Of a stretch of 64,000 nucleotides of DNA, positions 25,913 to 37,600 are shown one piece after another. The notes under the pieces were generated by a model. The model was not told the origin of the DNA and ran no database searches. It saw only the letters and a list, made by a program, of their open reading frames with translations. Each line of letters opens with the position of its first letter. Position 1 is the stretch's first letter. The stretch lies in NCBI GenBank assembly GCA_965649825.1, contig OZ287708.1:329411-393410 (forward strand), read 5' to 3'. Both the position numbers and the translations under genes were made by a program. This DNA comes from Penicillus capitatus. Lineage: Eukaryota; Plantae; Chlorophyta.

Positions 25913-27202
25913 ATGGATGTGTCGTACAATTCGATGCCGATCCGAATTCTGAAGCATGTGTCGAAATGGCCTCTGCCGGTTTTGAAGACGATTCGCTGGC
26001 TGACGATCGCCACGCATGATGGCGACTTCCACTGTGACGATGCATTGGGTGTCTGGCTCGTGAAACAGACGGATCGATTTCGCGATGCATCGATCCTCCG
26101 AACGCGCGATTCGTCTCTGCTCGACGAAGCAGACGTCGTCGTCGTCGATGTTGGGGGTGTTCACGATCCACGTCAGCTAAACATCCACGTGCTTCGTTTG
26201 GAAAAGATTCTTGATGTCCAGAGACCCTTCGCTTCCATCATGCTGTGTATGGTTTTGATGACATCTACAAGAGAAGTGCGTTTTCCGTCCGTCTGATCCG
26301 TCCGTCTGCAATGAGAACTGGCAGGCCTCAAGATTCAACCCTCCAGCGCAGGACTCGTCTATGCGCATTTCGGCATAGCTACAGTAAGTTGCCTCTCCGT
26401 CGGGGACGAGGCGTCGTTGTGGTAGGGAAGGAAGTCATTTCCAGTATTGCAAAGGATATTAAACTAAACGATGAAGAATTGGAGGCGATCCACGAGCACA
26501 TATACGAGGAATACATCGAAGCGCTTTGCGCCATAGCCATCGGTACACACCCTTGGATTGCATTCGTTGTCGGTCCGAGCATGTGTGTGGTAAGGCTATC
26601 GTCAATGTGTCGCGGGTAACTCGCGGAAGACGGGGAATGCCAGAACTACCTACCGTGATGCAACGGGGCTGTCAGCTCGGGTCGGCCGCGTCCTGTCAGT
26701 GTGTCTTGTCTTCTAGCATTGGTTTTCTGCGCGGAGCTGCGTGAGGCGTGCACTGGAAACAGTGCATCAGGTTCACGAGGATGGAGAGACTATGTTCCTT
26801 GAACGACACTGCCCGTGGATCGAGGTCCTTTCGGAACTCGAATCCAAGATTCTGAAAGAGGGCCAGATCAAGTTCTGCGTGCACATTCTTGTGAGTCCAT
26901 GGTCCTATGGAATCCATGCATCCCGAAGAGGTAGGCGTGCATAGGAGGTGAATGGGACAGGTGTTTATATCGTCGAAGCTGTCCCCAATCATCCACTGAG
27001 ATTCTTCTGTCGCAATCCATTCCCTTACGAATGGGGAGGCTTGTCAGGAGAAGAGCTTGAGCGCAAGAGTGGGATTGAAGGCTGTCTCTTTGTGAGGAAA
27101 ATCGATCACATAGGAGCACATCGCACAAGGGAAGGCGCTATTGCTAAGGCTCTAAAAGCAATCGAGATCCATAAATCTCGCGGTGGTTACTATTTTGGAT
27201 AA
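25913..27202 (+). pseudogene. MYG1-family paralog A1, degenerate (DHH to HHA, DAxDNG to CAIAIG, internal deletion); pseudogene or pseudo-nuclease
   Basis: THDGDFHCDD, RTRD, DVGGVHDP, SSAGLVYAHFG, CPW and EWGGL are retained. The segment matching MNVHW..EFAEFV of paralog B is missing, and in-frame splicing needs an unusually short intron of about 36 nt. Confidence 0.65.
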
Positions 27203-27464
27203 GATGCCTTTGCAGATTCACCTACCCGTTGTCCGATTCAAACTCGAGCCATCCCGTTCAACATCTACAGGCCACTCAGTCGAGAAGGGAACGGCTTGGG
27301 GGATAATACGCATGGTCGATCGATGCAACATTCTTAGCAATCACGATTTAGAACAGCTTCACATTCGGTCGCGTCGCAGATGACGATCCCTTAAGTCTTT
27401 GATCGTTCTATCAGGCGAATAAAACACAATCGAACCATCCAGTCGTTGGACTGTTCGTCACCGG

Positions 27465-28877
27465 ATGCGGATTTCAAGTTTCGTGCCCGGCATACGAAGA
27501 GTGCTGCGGCCGTTTTTGAAGACGACACGCGTGTTTTCGATTGTCACGCACGATGGCAACTTTCATTGCGACGAAGCCTTAGCCGTGTGGATGCTGAAGC
27601 AGACAGCACGATTTCGGGATTCTCCCGTCATCCGAACACGAGATCCTTCACTCGTTGAAAAGGCGGACGTCACCGTCGACGTCGGGGATATCTACGACCC
27701 AGGTTGCTCGATTCAACGTCACCCACTGGCCTGATACAGACGCGTTGATTGATAGACACCCTTCGATTCGACCATCACCAGCCGGGTTTCGAAGAGTACT
27801 TCGATTCGAGTAAGTTCTGATGCCGTCCGTCTCCACAAAGGAGATGACGAACGAATCATTTCAGATAGACGCCGCATTCAGTTATCGAGCTGCGGACTCG
27901 TGTACAAACACTTTGGTATGCCTGGCTACGCGATGTTCGTCGAATACAGAGATGAGGACATGTTTCTGCATCAGGAAGAGAAGTGATTTCTGAAATCGCG
28001 AAGGACTTTGAACTGACCGATGATGAGATGGAAGTGCTTTACGAAAGAGTCTATGCAGCATTCATCGAGGCCATCGATGCCATGGATAACGGTACAGATT
28101 GCTCTGTTCTATGCTTTGTCTGAGGAGGACTGCTGTGATAGGTTACCCTGAATGTGTCACGGATACTTATCGAATGCGTAAAGCTTGCAAGACCTTCAGC
28201 GATTGCACAGGGTTGACTGCCAGAGTTCGAAGAATGAATGTTCACTGGCGATCGCCTCCTGATGTCACATCCGATGGTCAGTTCCAGAAGGCGGTGGAGT
28301 TGTGTGGCAAAGAGTTTGCGGAATTCGTTCTCTACAGAGCTTATGTTCGTCCATCCTTCTAGACGAGACCCCTCCCTGCCGACAGTTTGTTTTCTAGAAA
28401 TACATTCCGGCACGAAGATACGTGCAACGTGCCCTGGAGACCATCTACGACGTTAGCAAACAGGGCGATATTATGTTGTTGGAGATCGGGTGTCCATGGA
28501 ACAGATTCCTTCATGAACTCGAGTCTCAGATTCTGAGGCACAACCAAGTCAAGTACTGCGTTTATACTGGCGTAAGCAAGCCCACAGTTTCTCTGACGAG
28601 CTTCCCAGAGAGGTGCCGTGTCCAGGAAGAGGAAAACAGTGACTATCGAGTTCATGCCGTTACCGTTAACCCCGATTCGAATACGCCCCGTCTTGGGTTC
28701 CCCGACGAATGGAGAGGGTTGAGTGGAGAGAAGCTCGAACGCGTGACCGGAATCGAAGGTAGCTCCTTTGTGCATCGAGGAGGATATATTGGAAGGAATC
28801 GCACAAAGGAGGGTGCCATCGCCATGGCCCGAAAGTCCATAGAGATTGCAAGAGGAAAGAGATTTGTCACCGGTTGA
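27465..28877 (+). CDS. MYG1: MYG1-family 3'-5' exoribonuclease (DHH superfamily), paralog B1, about 7 exons
   Basis: THDGNFHCDE, RTRD, RFDHHQPGF, LSSCGLVYKHFG, IDAMDNG, CPW, DEWRGL and FVHRGGYIG are all joined by GT-AG introns. Confidence 0.88.
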
Positions 28878-29871
28878 TCATGAACGTCATTGATCGTCCG
28901 TCAGCTGCCTCGACGAATCTCGATCTTTCGATTTTGCGTTGTGTCAGACGGAGACTGTGTTTGTGAGTCTTCTTATCGGCGATGAGCAAACTCGAAACCA
29001 GGACTGCACTAATGGAGTCGTTTTCGTGAATTTGACAGTTCAAAACAGTCACACGGCCACGACTTCACACACACCAACATCTTTCTTAAATACCCGGCCA
29101 ATCATTAAGGTCTTCACAGAACACTGTCTAATGGCGGTTGGCTCGACTCTCTCCCGCTGCATCAGATTCGTGTCTCTTCGAAGTTTCACAGAGATTTGGC
29201 CAAATGGCCGTTCCTTGGCGGAGAGTATAAGTACTAATGTGGAAACTGGAGTTTACATTTTAGCTTCTGCTTCCTGGAAAATCGGGAGTTCTGCATCGCA
29301 GAAGGTTCTTCGAATCAACTGCGGTCGGTTGAATTTAAATGTCGACGAGAACATCCGACTGACTCATCGAATGGACTACAAACATTTCTGAGAACTTTTT
29401 GCGTCGCAAGAGTAGCAAGTCTGTTTCACGTGTCTTTCAGATAGACGTTGTGGGTTCTGTCAACAGGTTACTGAACATGCAACCCAACTTTTGGACGAAG
29501 AGCTGGCCGTTGGAGGACCGTCCGCATCGGAATGTGGTGGTAGACCTTACCTGCCGGATCTCGATATCCAAGAAAGAAAACGGGCGAAGTTTTGCGTGCC
29601 CTCGCATCGAAACATGACTTCGTCAATACCGAGTCGCTTGTCGCAGCATACAACGCTACGACGAATAAAAATGAACGAAACACTCCTCTTGGATGGTTAA
29701 GGAGATTCGGCGAAAGAAGTCGTCATGGATGTCTCAAACCTGATGATGTCTTCGAATTCACAGACATTCCAAAATCGCACCTGTTCTCGAACAAGATGCG
29801 GATTCTCTGAGAGAACTGGTGTGTGTCTTCCGTTCAAGAATCATCATGCAGACACGCAGCATTGCGCCGAG

Positions 29872-30130
29872 TTGGATGCTGCCAAGACAGTCAGTTCACA
29901 AGGTAAGGTGGCTATTGCAGAGAGCAAATGTGATGGGACATTCGTGTGGTGGTTGGTCTTCAGGGATTTTGCGTCTTCGCTGATGGATCTGGACTTTGCA
30001 CCAGCAGGACGTGAATTTGTGGCCGGTGGCTTTGATCGGATGGCTAAGACTGTTCGAGAAAGGGCACCAGGAAGCAAAGATGTCTACTCCATTCCTCGCA
30101 TGTCACGACGGTCTTCCTTCTGTTCTAGTC
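29872..30130 (+). pseudogene. DCAF13/SOF1-like WD40 fragment, decayed
   Basis: LDAAKTV..|DFASSLMDLDFAPAGREFVAGGFDRMAK..SKDVYSIPRM resembles the SOF1 segment MDxDFSPTGREFVxGSxDR..REVYHTKRM; no intact full-length frame in the flanks. Confidence 0.65.
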
Positions 30131-31777
30131 TTGATGCAACGTATGTCTTTTGCGTCAGAATCAAACACAATGGCACTATGTGTGGTGTTTACGTATCCCT
30201 ACTTCTAAGAACAGACAGTTTCCACAGGTTTTCGACCATTGTCGACTCTCTAATCGAAATACCTTGTACTTGCTGCCCGTTTCGCGTTCCTGCTTCTTTT
30301 CCACGTCAGTGATCGACTTGGCGTGCATCTGCAATCATCACTAGACACAGGCAAATAGACTTTTTCGTGCCGCGTCCGATTCAGAGATATTAGCTCCTGT
30401 TTCGTCTGGCATCATCCCCTTTGTCTCGTCTCGATTTGCCTGGCGAAACATCGAGGAGTGGACAGTCGCATTGTTTTGGCACCCCCGTTCGTCGCGAACA
30501 GACTCTCTCTCTCTCTCTCTCTCATCCGAAATCGTTTACCGTCTGCAGAGCGCGTCGTTTAATGTGTGTTCTCTCGCACTGTTTTCTGAAGACGCTTTGT
30601 TATCCGAATGCGTCTTTCGGACTCGATCCAACGCGTCGACGGTGGCATGCATCTCGGTGTTCAATGAGGAATGCCGCGTCACAGGTCCAAATGGCAGAGC
30701 CAAGAGCAGTCATTTCTACAGTGTCTGTCTTTCATGTATTCTACAGAGCATTTGCCGCACGAGAGAACATCGCCAGCTCTGACGACATCGTCCTAGAACG
30801 CCCCACGCACGTAGAGCACTCGGAGGTAGTTAGTCTTTCATTACAGAGATTTTCCAGAAGTGTATCCAAACAGAAAACAGACATTCTCCGTCACAGCCCT
30901 CATAGCCTCAGAACTCGCCAGATACTAGAACGGAACGGCATGGACGATTCCAACGAGGATGCAGCAGCATGCCATCCACTTCCAATGGTAATCCACCACT
31001 TTGGTGCGCTCTGCACGGTGGAACACGCCGAAAAGAAAGAAGGCGACGACATTAGATCGCGACTGGCTTCGACCGCGATCAACTGCGCCATCACGTAGGT
31101 TGCTCTCGAAACTGTCTGATCGATGGCTTCGCAGACAGAACAGCAATCTTGCACAGCAGCCACACAACGCGATAGAACTTCGCTAGTTGGAGCGAACGGC
31201 GTCTTCCAAGGCACTCACTCGACGCTATGCGCGAGCACGAACCGAAACGACGACTCCGCGGCCGTCTGGTTCTCGCAGGGCGTCGTTCGGTTCCGCCTTC
31301 CATGTTCGAGGGAGTTAGGACCAACGGCAACTCCTCAAACCGACTCGCGTTACACTGCGCAGATCGCTCTCTCGACGGTGTTTGCGACGGAAACGCCCGC
31401 AAGAGACGGCCGTCTAGACAAAGAGTCTTTGCCGCTCCTGCGAACGAGAACGCCCGCCTCATACCTCTGCCCGGGCAACGCGGAGCTGGCTCGAGCGGTT
31501 GGCTGTTGGGAGAATCGCGTCTGAGAGGCCGTAGAGAACGCATGCGGTTACACTCAGAGAGGTCCATGCCGAACAAACTGTAAAGAATTTCCTCTGTAAA
31601 ACACTCTGCAAAGCGTCCAGAAGCGCTCTTTCGTTCGCGTCGCGCATCCAGACGACAGCATCCTGCGTTTCCGGACATCTGGCGGCCGTTTCTTTGTCCG
31701 GCGGCGCATGCATGCGCCGCCAACGGTCACAGTTCCCAACCGCCACCCGCAGGCCGCGCCCGGCAACCGAAGCGGTC

Positions 31778-31783
31778 TATAAA
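31778..31783 (+). promoter_or_regulatory. TATA box (TATAAA) of Pro-rich gene P1; the same box is at 43804-43809 (P2) and 58202-58207 (P3)
   Basis: CTATAAAGGTCCTGTCACA is conserved about 85 nt upstream of the ATG in all three copies. Confidence 0.7.
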
Positions 31784-31861
31784 GGTCCTGTCACAAACCT
31801 TTCCGCACTGTCGAGTTTTCTGAACTCCTTCTGTTTTCTTCGAGCACAAGCAACGACGACA

Positions 31862-33207
31862 ATGGCCGACGCACACCTCACCGCCGAAGACGATTACGGC
31901 TATCCGGGAAGACCGTAAGTCCTCTGACCATGTTTCAACGCGCCGCGCGCTACGGACCTCTGCGACTGCGGCCAGGACGCCTTTCATGTGCTGGCATGCG
32001 TCCGGCTGCAGTCGAAACGTCGGCGGCTACTTGCTTTCGAGAATGCGCAGCCATCCTGTTCTTCGGGACATCTCTAACTAACCTTTGTGTGTTTTTTAGA
32101 TTCGACCAGGTGACCTTGCCGGAGGTCTTGGGAAGTCATCCGCCCAGGGCCTTCATGGGTATGGACCTGGCCGCGAGAGAGCAGTGGTTTTGGGCTCTGA
32201 GGGGCCAACAGCTCCCCGAGGAGCAGGCCCCTCCTGTGCGGGTTGGTCCCAATAGGGACCAACCCGCACGGCCGCGGCCCGGTCGGCGGGCAAGGAGGAT
32301 CTCCGCCGAGGAGAGGAGAGCGCGGCTGGCCCAAGAGGGCCAGCCTGCTGCACAGCCACCACCGGCACGCCGTCCATCACCGCCGCCTGCAGTTTCTGAG
32401 CCGCCGACATCATCACCGCCTGGCCCACATCCGGCATCGTCGCCGCCAACCGAGACGCCAGTAGCTCCTACTCAGGCCCAGCCGGCCTCGCAGCCGCCAG
32501 CAGTACCCCAGCCGTTCCCGCCGCCGCCCATGCAGTGGTCGCCAGTGCCACCAGCGGCTCATCAACATGCCCAGCCGAGCACGCCGCCGCCTCAGGCCTG
32601 CCAGTCGAGCGCACCGCCGCCTCAGGCCTGCCAGTCGAGCGCACCGCCGCCTCAGGCCTGCCAGTCGAGCGCACCGCCGCCAATGGAGTGGTCACCAGTA
32701 CCGCCAGCGGCGCATCCTCATGCCCAACCCGCCGCACCGACTCCGGCATCATCGCAGCCCCCGTGTCCGGCTGCCATGGAGTGGTCATCCGGTCCCTTTC
32801 CGCAGCCGACCCCGACCATGTCCCCTCCCTCCCTGCAGCCTACCAAGCCTCCACTTTTTCCCCCTCGCCCCCAGGTATTTTGCATCCCAGCTTCCCCGCC
32901 CCCGGTCATCCCCTCACGGCCTCTAAAGTACTCACTCCCCTTTTGCCCACCTTTTCCTACGCGCACTTCTGTCTTCTCCCTACGCTCTTATCCACCCCCA
33001 ATCCCCCCACGCCCATTTATCTTCTCCGTCGGCCCGCTCGGTATCCCTCCCCGGCCGTATTTTCTCTCAGGCCAGTGTGTGACGGTGGGCCCAGCCATAC
33101 CAGAGCGACTCTTCTTCCTATCGGGACAATGTGTAAGTTACTCTTCAGTTCCATCCCTCTTTTGATGTGTTTTTGTGTAGGTTTTCATTGAAGATTGGTC
33201 AGTCTGA
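31862..33207 (+). CDS. Orphan proline-rich protein P1 (370 aa); exons 31862-31914, 32100-33132, 33181-33207
   Basis: Splice sites are conserved across three paralogs and the spliced length is divisible by 3. MADAHLTAEDDYGYPGRP|FDQVTL...LSGQC|VFIEDWSV*; internal 30-bp x3 repeat (APPPQACQSS) at 32581-32680. Confidence 0.85.
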
Positions 33208-33625
33208 GGGCCTTTTTCTGCAATTTTTTGAGCTGTTTTCTTTCTCGACAACAAAATTAAAAAAAACAAAAAAAACTGATATGGCTGTTTTCGTTCCTTG
33301 TTGTTTCTGCCATGCCACCTTCGCTTTGTTGTGGATGGCTCTGCGTTAGCAGTTTTTACATAGAGGCTGTCAAAAGCTCATTTGCTGTTTTGCTTTCCCG
33401 GAGGCTAAAGTGTCCTAAACTGCTGTCTTGCTGCCTGGAGATTGCCATGTCCGACTTTGCTGTCTAGCCGTGGATGAAATCTGCCATGTTTCTACTTGAT
33501 GTTTCTTTTGTGAAGAGGCCTGTGGTCGTCTTATTTTCTGTTTTGCTCTACTGAGGTGTTTTTGTCCCAATCTGCTGTTTTGCTTTCGGAGACCTCAGTG
33601 TCCTATAACCTGTTTAGCTGCCCGG

Positions 33626-34460
33626 GCTATGCCGTGTGACTGTCTAGCTGCTGCCGTCTGCCGCCCGGAGGATGCCTTGACTGTCTACCTGCTGCCGTCT
33701 GCCGTCTGCCGCCCGGAGCATGCCTTGACTGTCTACCTGCTGCCGTCTGCCGTCTACCGCCCGGAGGATGCCTTGACTGTCTACCTGCTGCTGTTTGCTA
33801 CTGGAGGCCGTGACTATCTACCTGCTGCCGTCTGCCGCCCGGAGGAAGCCGTGACTGTCTAGCTGCTGCCGTCTGCCGCCCGGAGGAAGCCGTGACTGTC
33901 TAGCTGCTGCCGTCTGCCGCCCGGAGGATGCCGCCCGGAGGAAGCCGTGACTGTCTAGCTGCTGCCGTCTGCCGCCCGGAGGATGCCGCCCGGAGGAAGC
34001 CGTGACTGTCTAGCTGCTGCCGTCTGCCGCCCGGAGGATGCCTTGACTGTCTACCTGCTGCCGTCTGCCGTCTGCCGCCCGGAGGATGCCTTGACTGTCT
34101 ACCTGCTGCCGTCTGCCGTCTACCGCCCGGAGGATGCCTTGACTGTCTACCTGCTGCTGTTTGCTACTGGAGGCCGTGACTGTCTACCTGCTGCCGTCTG
34201 CCGACCGAAGGATGCCGCCCGGAGGATGCCGTGACTGTCTACCTGCTGCCGTCTGCCGCCCGGAGGATGCCGCCCGGAGGATGCCGTGACTGTCTACCTG
34301 CTGCCGTCTGCCGACCAGAGGATGATGCCGTGACTGTCTACCTGCTGCCGTCTGCCGTCTGCCGCCCGGAGGATGCCTTGACTGTCTACCTGTTGCTGTC
34401 TGCTGCCTGAAGGATGATGCCGTGACTATGTACCTGCTGCCGTCTGCTGCCCGAATGAAT
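33626..34460. repeat. Minisatellite family 1, about 41-48-bp units (GCCGTGACTGTCTACCTGCTGCCGTCTGCCGCCCGGAGGAT)
   Basis: About 17 variant units read directly; related units recur at 45890-46030. Confidence 0.92.
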
Positions 34461-34649
34461 GATGCCTCCTTGACTATGTACCTGCTGCTTGGTGTAGATG
34501 GAGGCCGCCGCCGTTCAATTTCCTTCCTCGCTGCCCGAACAATCACACGTGTGGCACCGCTACCTGGAGGCCACAGTCGTTCGATCCGCTGCCTTTGTGT
34601 GGATGGAGGCCGCAGTCGATCTACATGCTGCCTTGCAGATCATTGAAGG

Positions 34650-37600
34650 CGACCGCCACACTACTTGCCGCCTTGCCGTGATTGCGAGGCGGCGGTCGTA
34701 AAACCTGCGGCCTCGCTGACCGGGGTCACAGTCGTAAAACCTGCGGCCTCGCTGACTGGGGTCGCAGTCGTCCACTTGCCACCTTGCCCTGGATGCAAGG
34801 CGGCTGGCTACCTACCTACCGCCTGCCGCCTGGAGAACGAAGTCGCTCTAGCTGCCGCCTTGTCGTGGATGCGAGGCGGCAGTCGCCATATCTGTCGATT
34901 GCCACCTGGAGGAAGAGGTCGTCCTACTTGCCGCCTCTTTGTAAATGCGAGGCGGCTGTCGCACAAGCAGCGACCTGGATTCCCAGATGCCGCAGTCGTC
35001 CTACTCGCCGCCTTGCCGTGGATGCGAGGCGGCTGTCGCCAAACCTGCGACCTGGATGCCCGAAGGCCGCAGACACAATGCCTGCCGCTGCCGCCCAGAG
35101 AACGAAGTCGCCCTACTTGCCGTCTCGCCATGGATGCGAGGCGGCTGTCGACTTACTTGCCGCTGCCGACCAGAGATGAAGTCGCACTACCTGCCGCCTT
35201 GCCTGACACCTGGATGCCGAAGTCGTCCAACTCGCCGCCTCGTCGTGGATGCGAGGCGGCGGACGCCTTACCTGCCGCTGCCGACCAGAGATGAAGTCGC
35301 ACTGCCTGCCGCCTTGCCGTGGATGCAAGGCGGCTGTCGCCCTGCCTGACACCTGGATTCCTCAGTCGTCCAACTAAACCGCCTTGCTCTGGATGCGAGG
35401 CGACTGTCGCCACTACCTGCTGCCTTGAAGACAACTCGAGGCAGCAGTCGACCTACTTGCCGCAGACGCAATACCTGCCGCCTCGTCGTGGATGCGAAGC
35501 GGCTGTCGCCCTGCCTGACGCCTGGATGCCGAAGTCGTCCAACTCGCCGCCTCGTCGTGGATGCGAGGCGGCGGACGCCTTACCTGCTGCCTTGCAGATC
35601 ATTGAAGGCGACCGCCACACTACTTGCCGCCTTGCCGTGATTGCGAGGCGGCGGTCGTAAAACCTGCGGCCTCGCTGACCGGGGTCACAGTCGTAAAACC
35701 TGCGGCCTCGCTGACTGGGGTCGCAGTCGTCCACTTGCCACCTTGCCCTGGATGCAAGGCGGCTGGCTACCTACCTACCGCCTGCCGCCTGGAGAACGAA
35801 GTCGCTCTAGCTGCCGCCTTGTCGTGGATGCGAGGCGGCAGTCGCCATATCTGTCGATTGCCACCTGGAGGAAGAGGTCGTCCTACTTGCCGCCTCTTTG
35901 TGAATGCGAGGCGGCTGTCGCACAAGCAGCGACCTGGATTCCCAGATGCCGCAGTCGTCCTACTCGCCGCCTTGCCGTGGATGCGAGGCGGCTGTCGCCA
36001 AACCTGCGACCTGGATGCCCGAAGGCCGCAGACACAATACCTGCCGCTGCCGCCCAGAGAACGAAGTCGCCCTACTTGCCGTCTCGCCATGGATGCGAGG
36101 CGGCTGTCGACTTACTTGCCGCTGCCGACCAGAGATGAAGTCGCACTACCTGCCGCCTTGCCGTAGATGCAAGGCGGCTGTCGCCCTGCCTGACACCTGG
36201 ATGCCGAAGTCGTCCAACTCGCCGCCTCGTCGTGGATGCGAGGCGGCGGACGCCTAACCTGCCGCTGCCGACCAGAGATGAAGTCGCAATACCTGCCGCC
36301 TCGTCGTGGATGCGAGGCGGCGGACGCCCTGCCTGACACCTGGATGCCGAAGTCGTCCAACTCGCCGCCTCGTCGTGGATGCGAGGCGGCGGACGCCTTA
36401 CCTGCTGCCTTGAAGACAACTCGAGGCAGCAGTCGACCTACTTGCCGCAGACGCAATACCTGCCGCCTCGTCGTGGATGCGAGGCGGCGGACGCCCTGCC
36501 TGACACCTGGATGCCGAAGTCGTCCAACTCGCCGCCTCGTCGTGGATGCGAGGCGGCGGACGCCTTACCTGCTGCCTTGAAGACAACTCGAGGCAGCAGT
36601 CGACCTACTTGCCGCAGACGCAATACCTGCCGCCTCGTCGTGGATGCGAGGCGGCGGACGCCCTGCCTGACACCTGGATGCCGAAGTCGTCCAACTCGCC
36701 GCCTCGTCGTGGATGCGAGGCGGCGGACGCCTTACCTGCTGCCTTGAAGACAACTCGAGGCAGCAGTCGACCTACTTGCCGCAGACGCAATACCTGCCGC
36801 CTCGTCGTGGAGCGAGGCGGCGGACGCCTTACCTGCTGCCTTGATGACAACTCGAGGCAGCAGTCGACCTACTTGCCGAAGACATCTTACCTGCCGCCTC
36901 GCCGTGGATGCGAGGCGGCTGTCGCCCTGCCTGACGCCTGGATGCCGAAGTCGTCCTACTCGCCGCCTCGCCGTGGATGCGCGGCGGCGGACGCCTTACC
37001 TGCTGCCTTGAAGACAACTCGAGGCAGCAGTCGACCTACTTGCCGCAGACGCAATACCTGCCGCCTCGTCGTGGATGCGAGGCGGCGGACGCCTTACCTG
37101 CTGCCTTGATGACAACTCGAGGCAGCAGTCGACCTACTTGCCGAAGACATCTTACCTGCCGCCTCGCCGTGGATGCGAGGCGGCTGTCGCCCTGCCTGAC
37201 GCCTGGATGCCGAAGTCGTCCAACTCGCCGCCTCGTCGTGGATGCGAGGCGGCTGTCGCCCTGCCTGACGCCAGGATGCCGAAGTCGTCCTACTCGCCGC
37301 CTCGCCGCCTCGCCGTGGATGCGAGGCGGCTGTCGCCTTACCTGACGCCAGGATGCCTGGATGGCCGCAGACGCAATACCTGCCGCCTCGCCGTGAATGA
37401 GAGTCGGCTGTCGCCAAAACTGCGACCTTGATGCCCGGGGTCGCAGTCTTCCACTTGCCGCCTTGTTCTGGATGCAAGGCGGCTGTCGCACTATTAGCGA
37501 CCTGGATTTCGGGCTGCTACAGTCGTCCTACCTTCCGTCTGCCGCTGCCGCCCAGAGGACGAAGTCGTCCTACTCGCCGCCTTGCCGTGGATGCGAGGCG

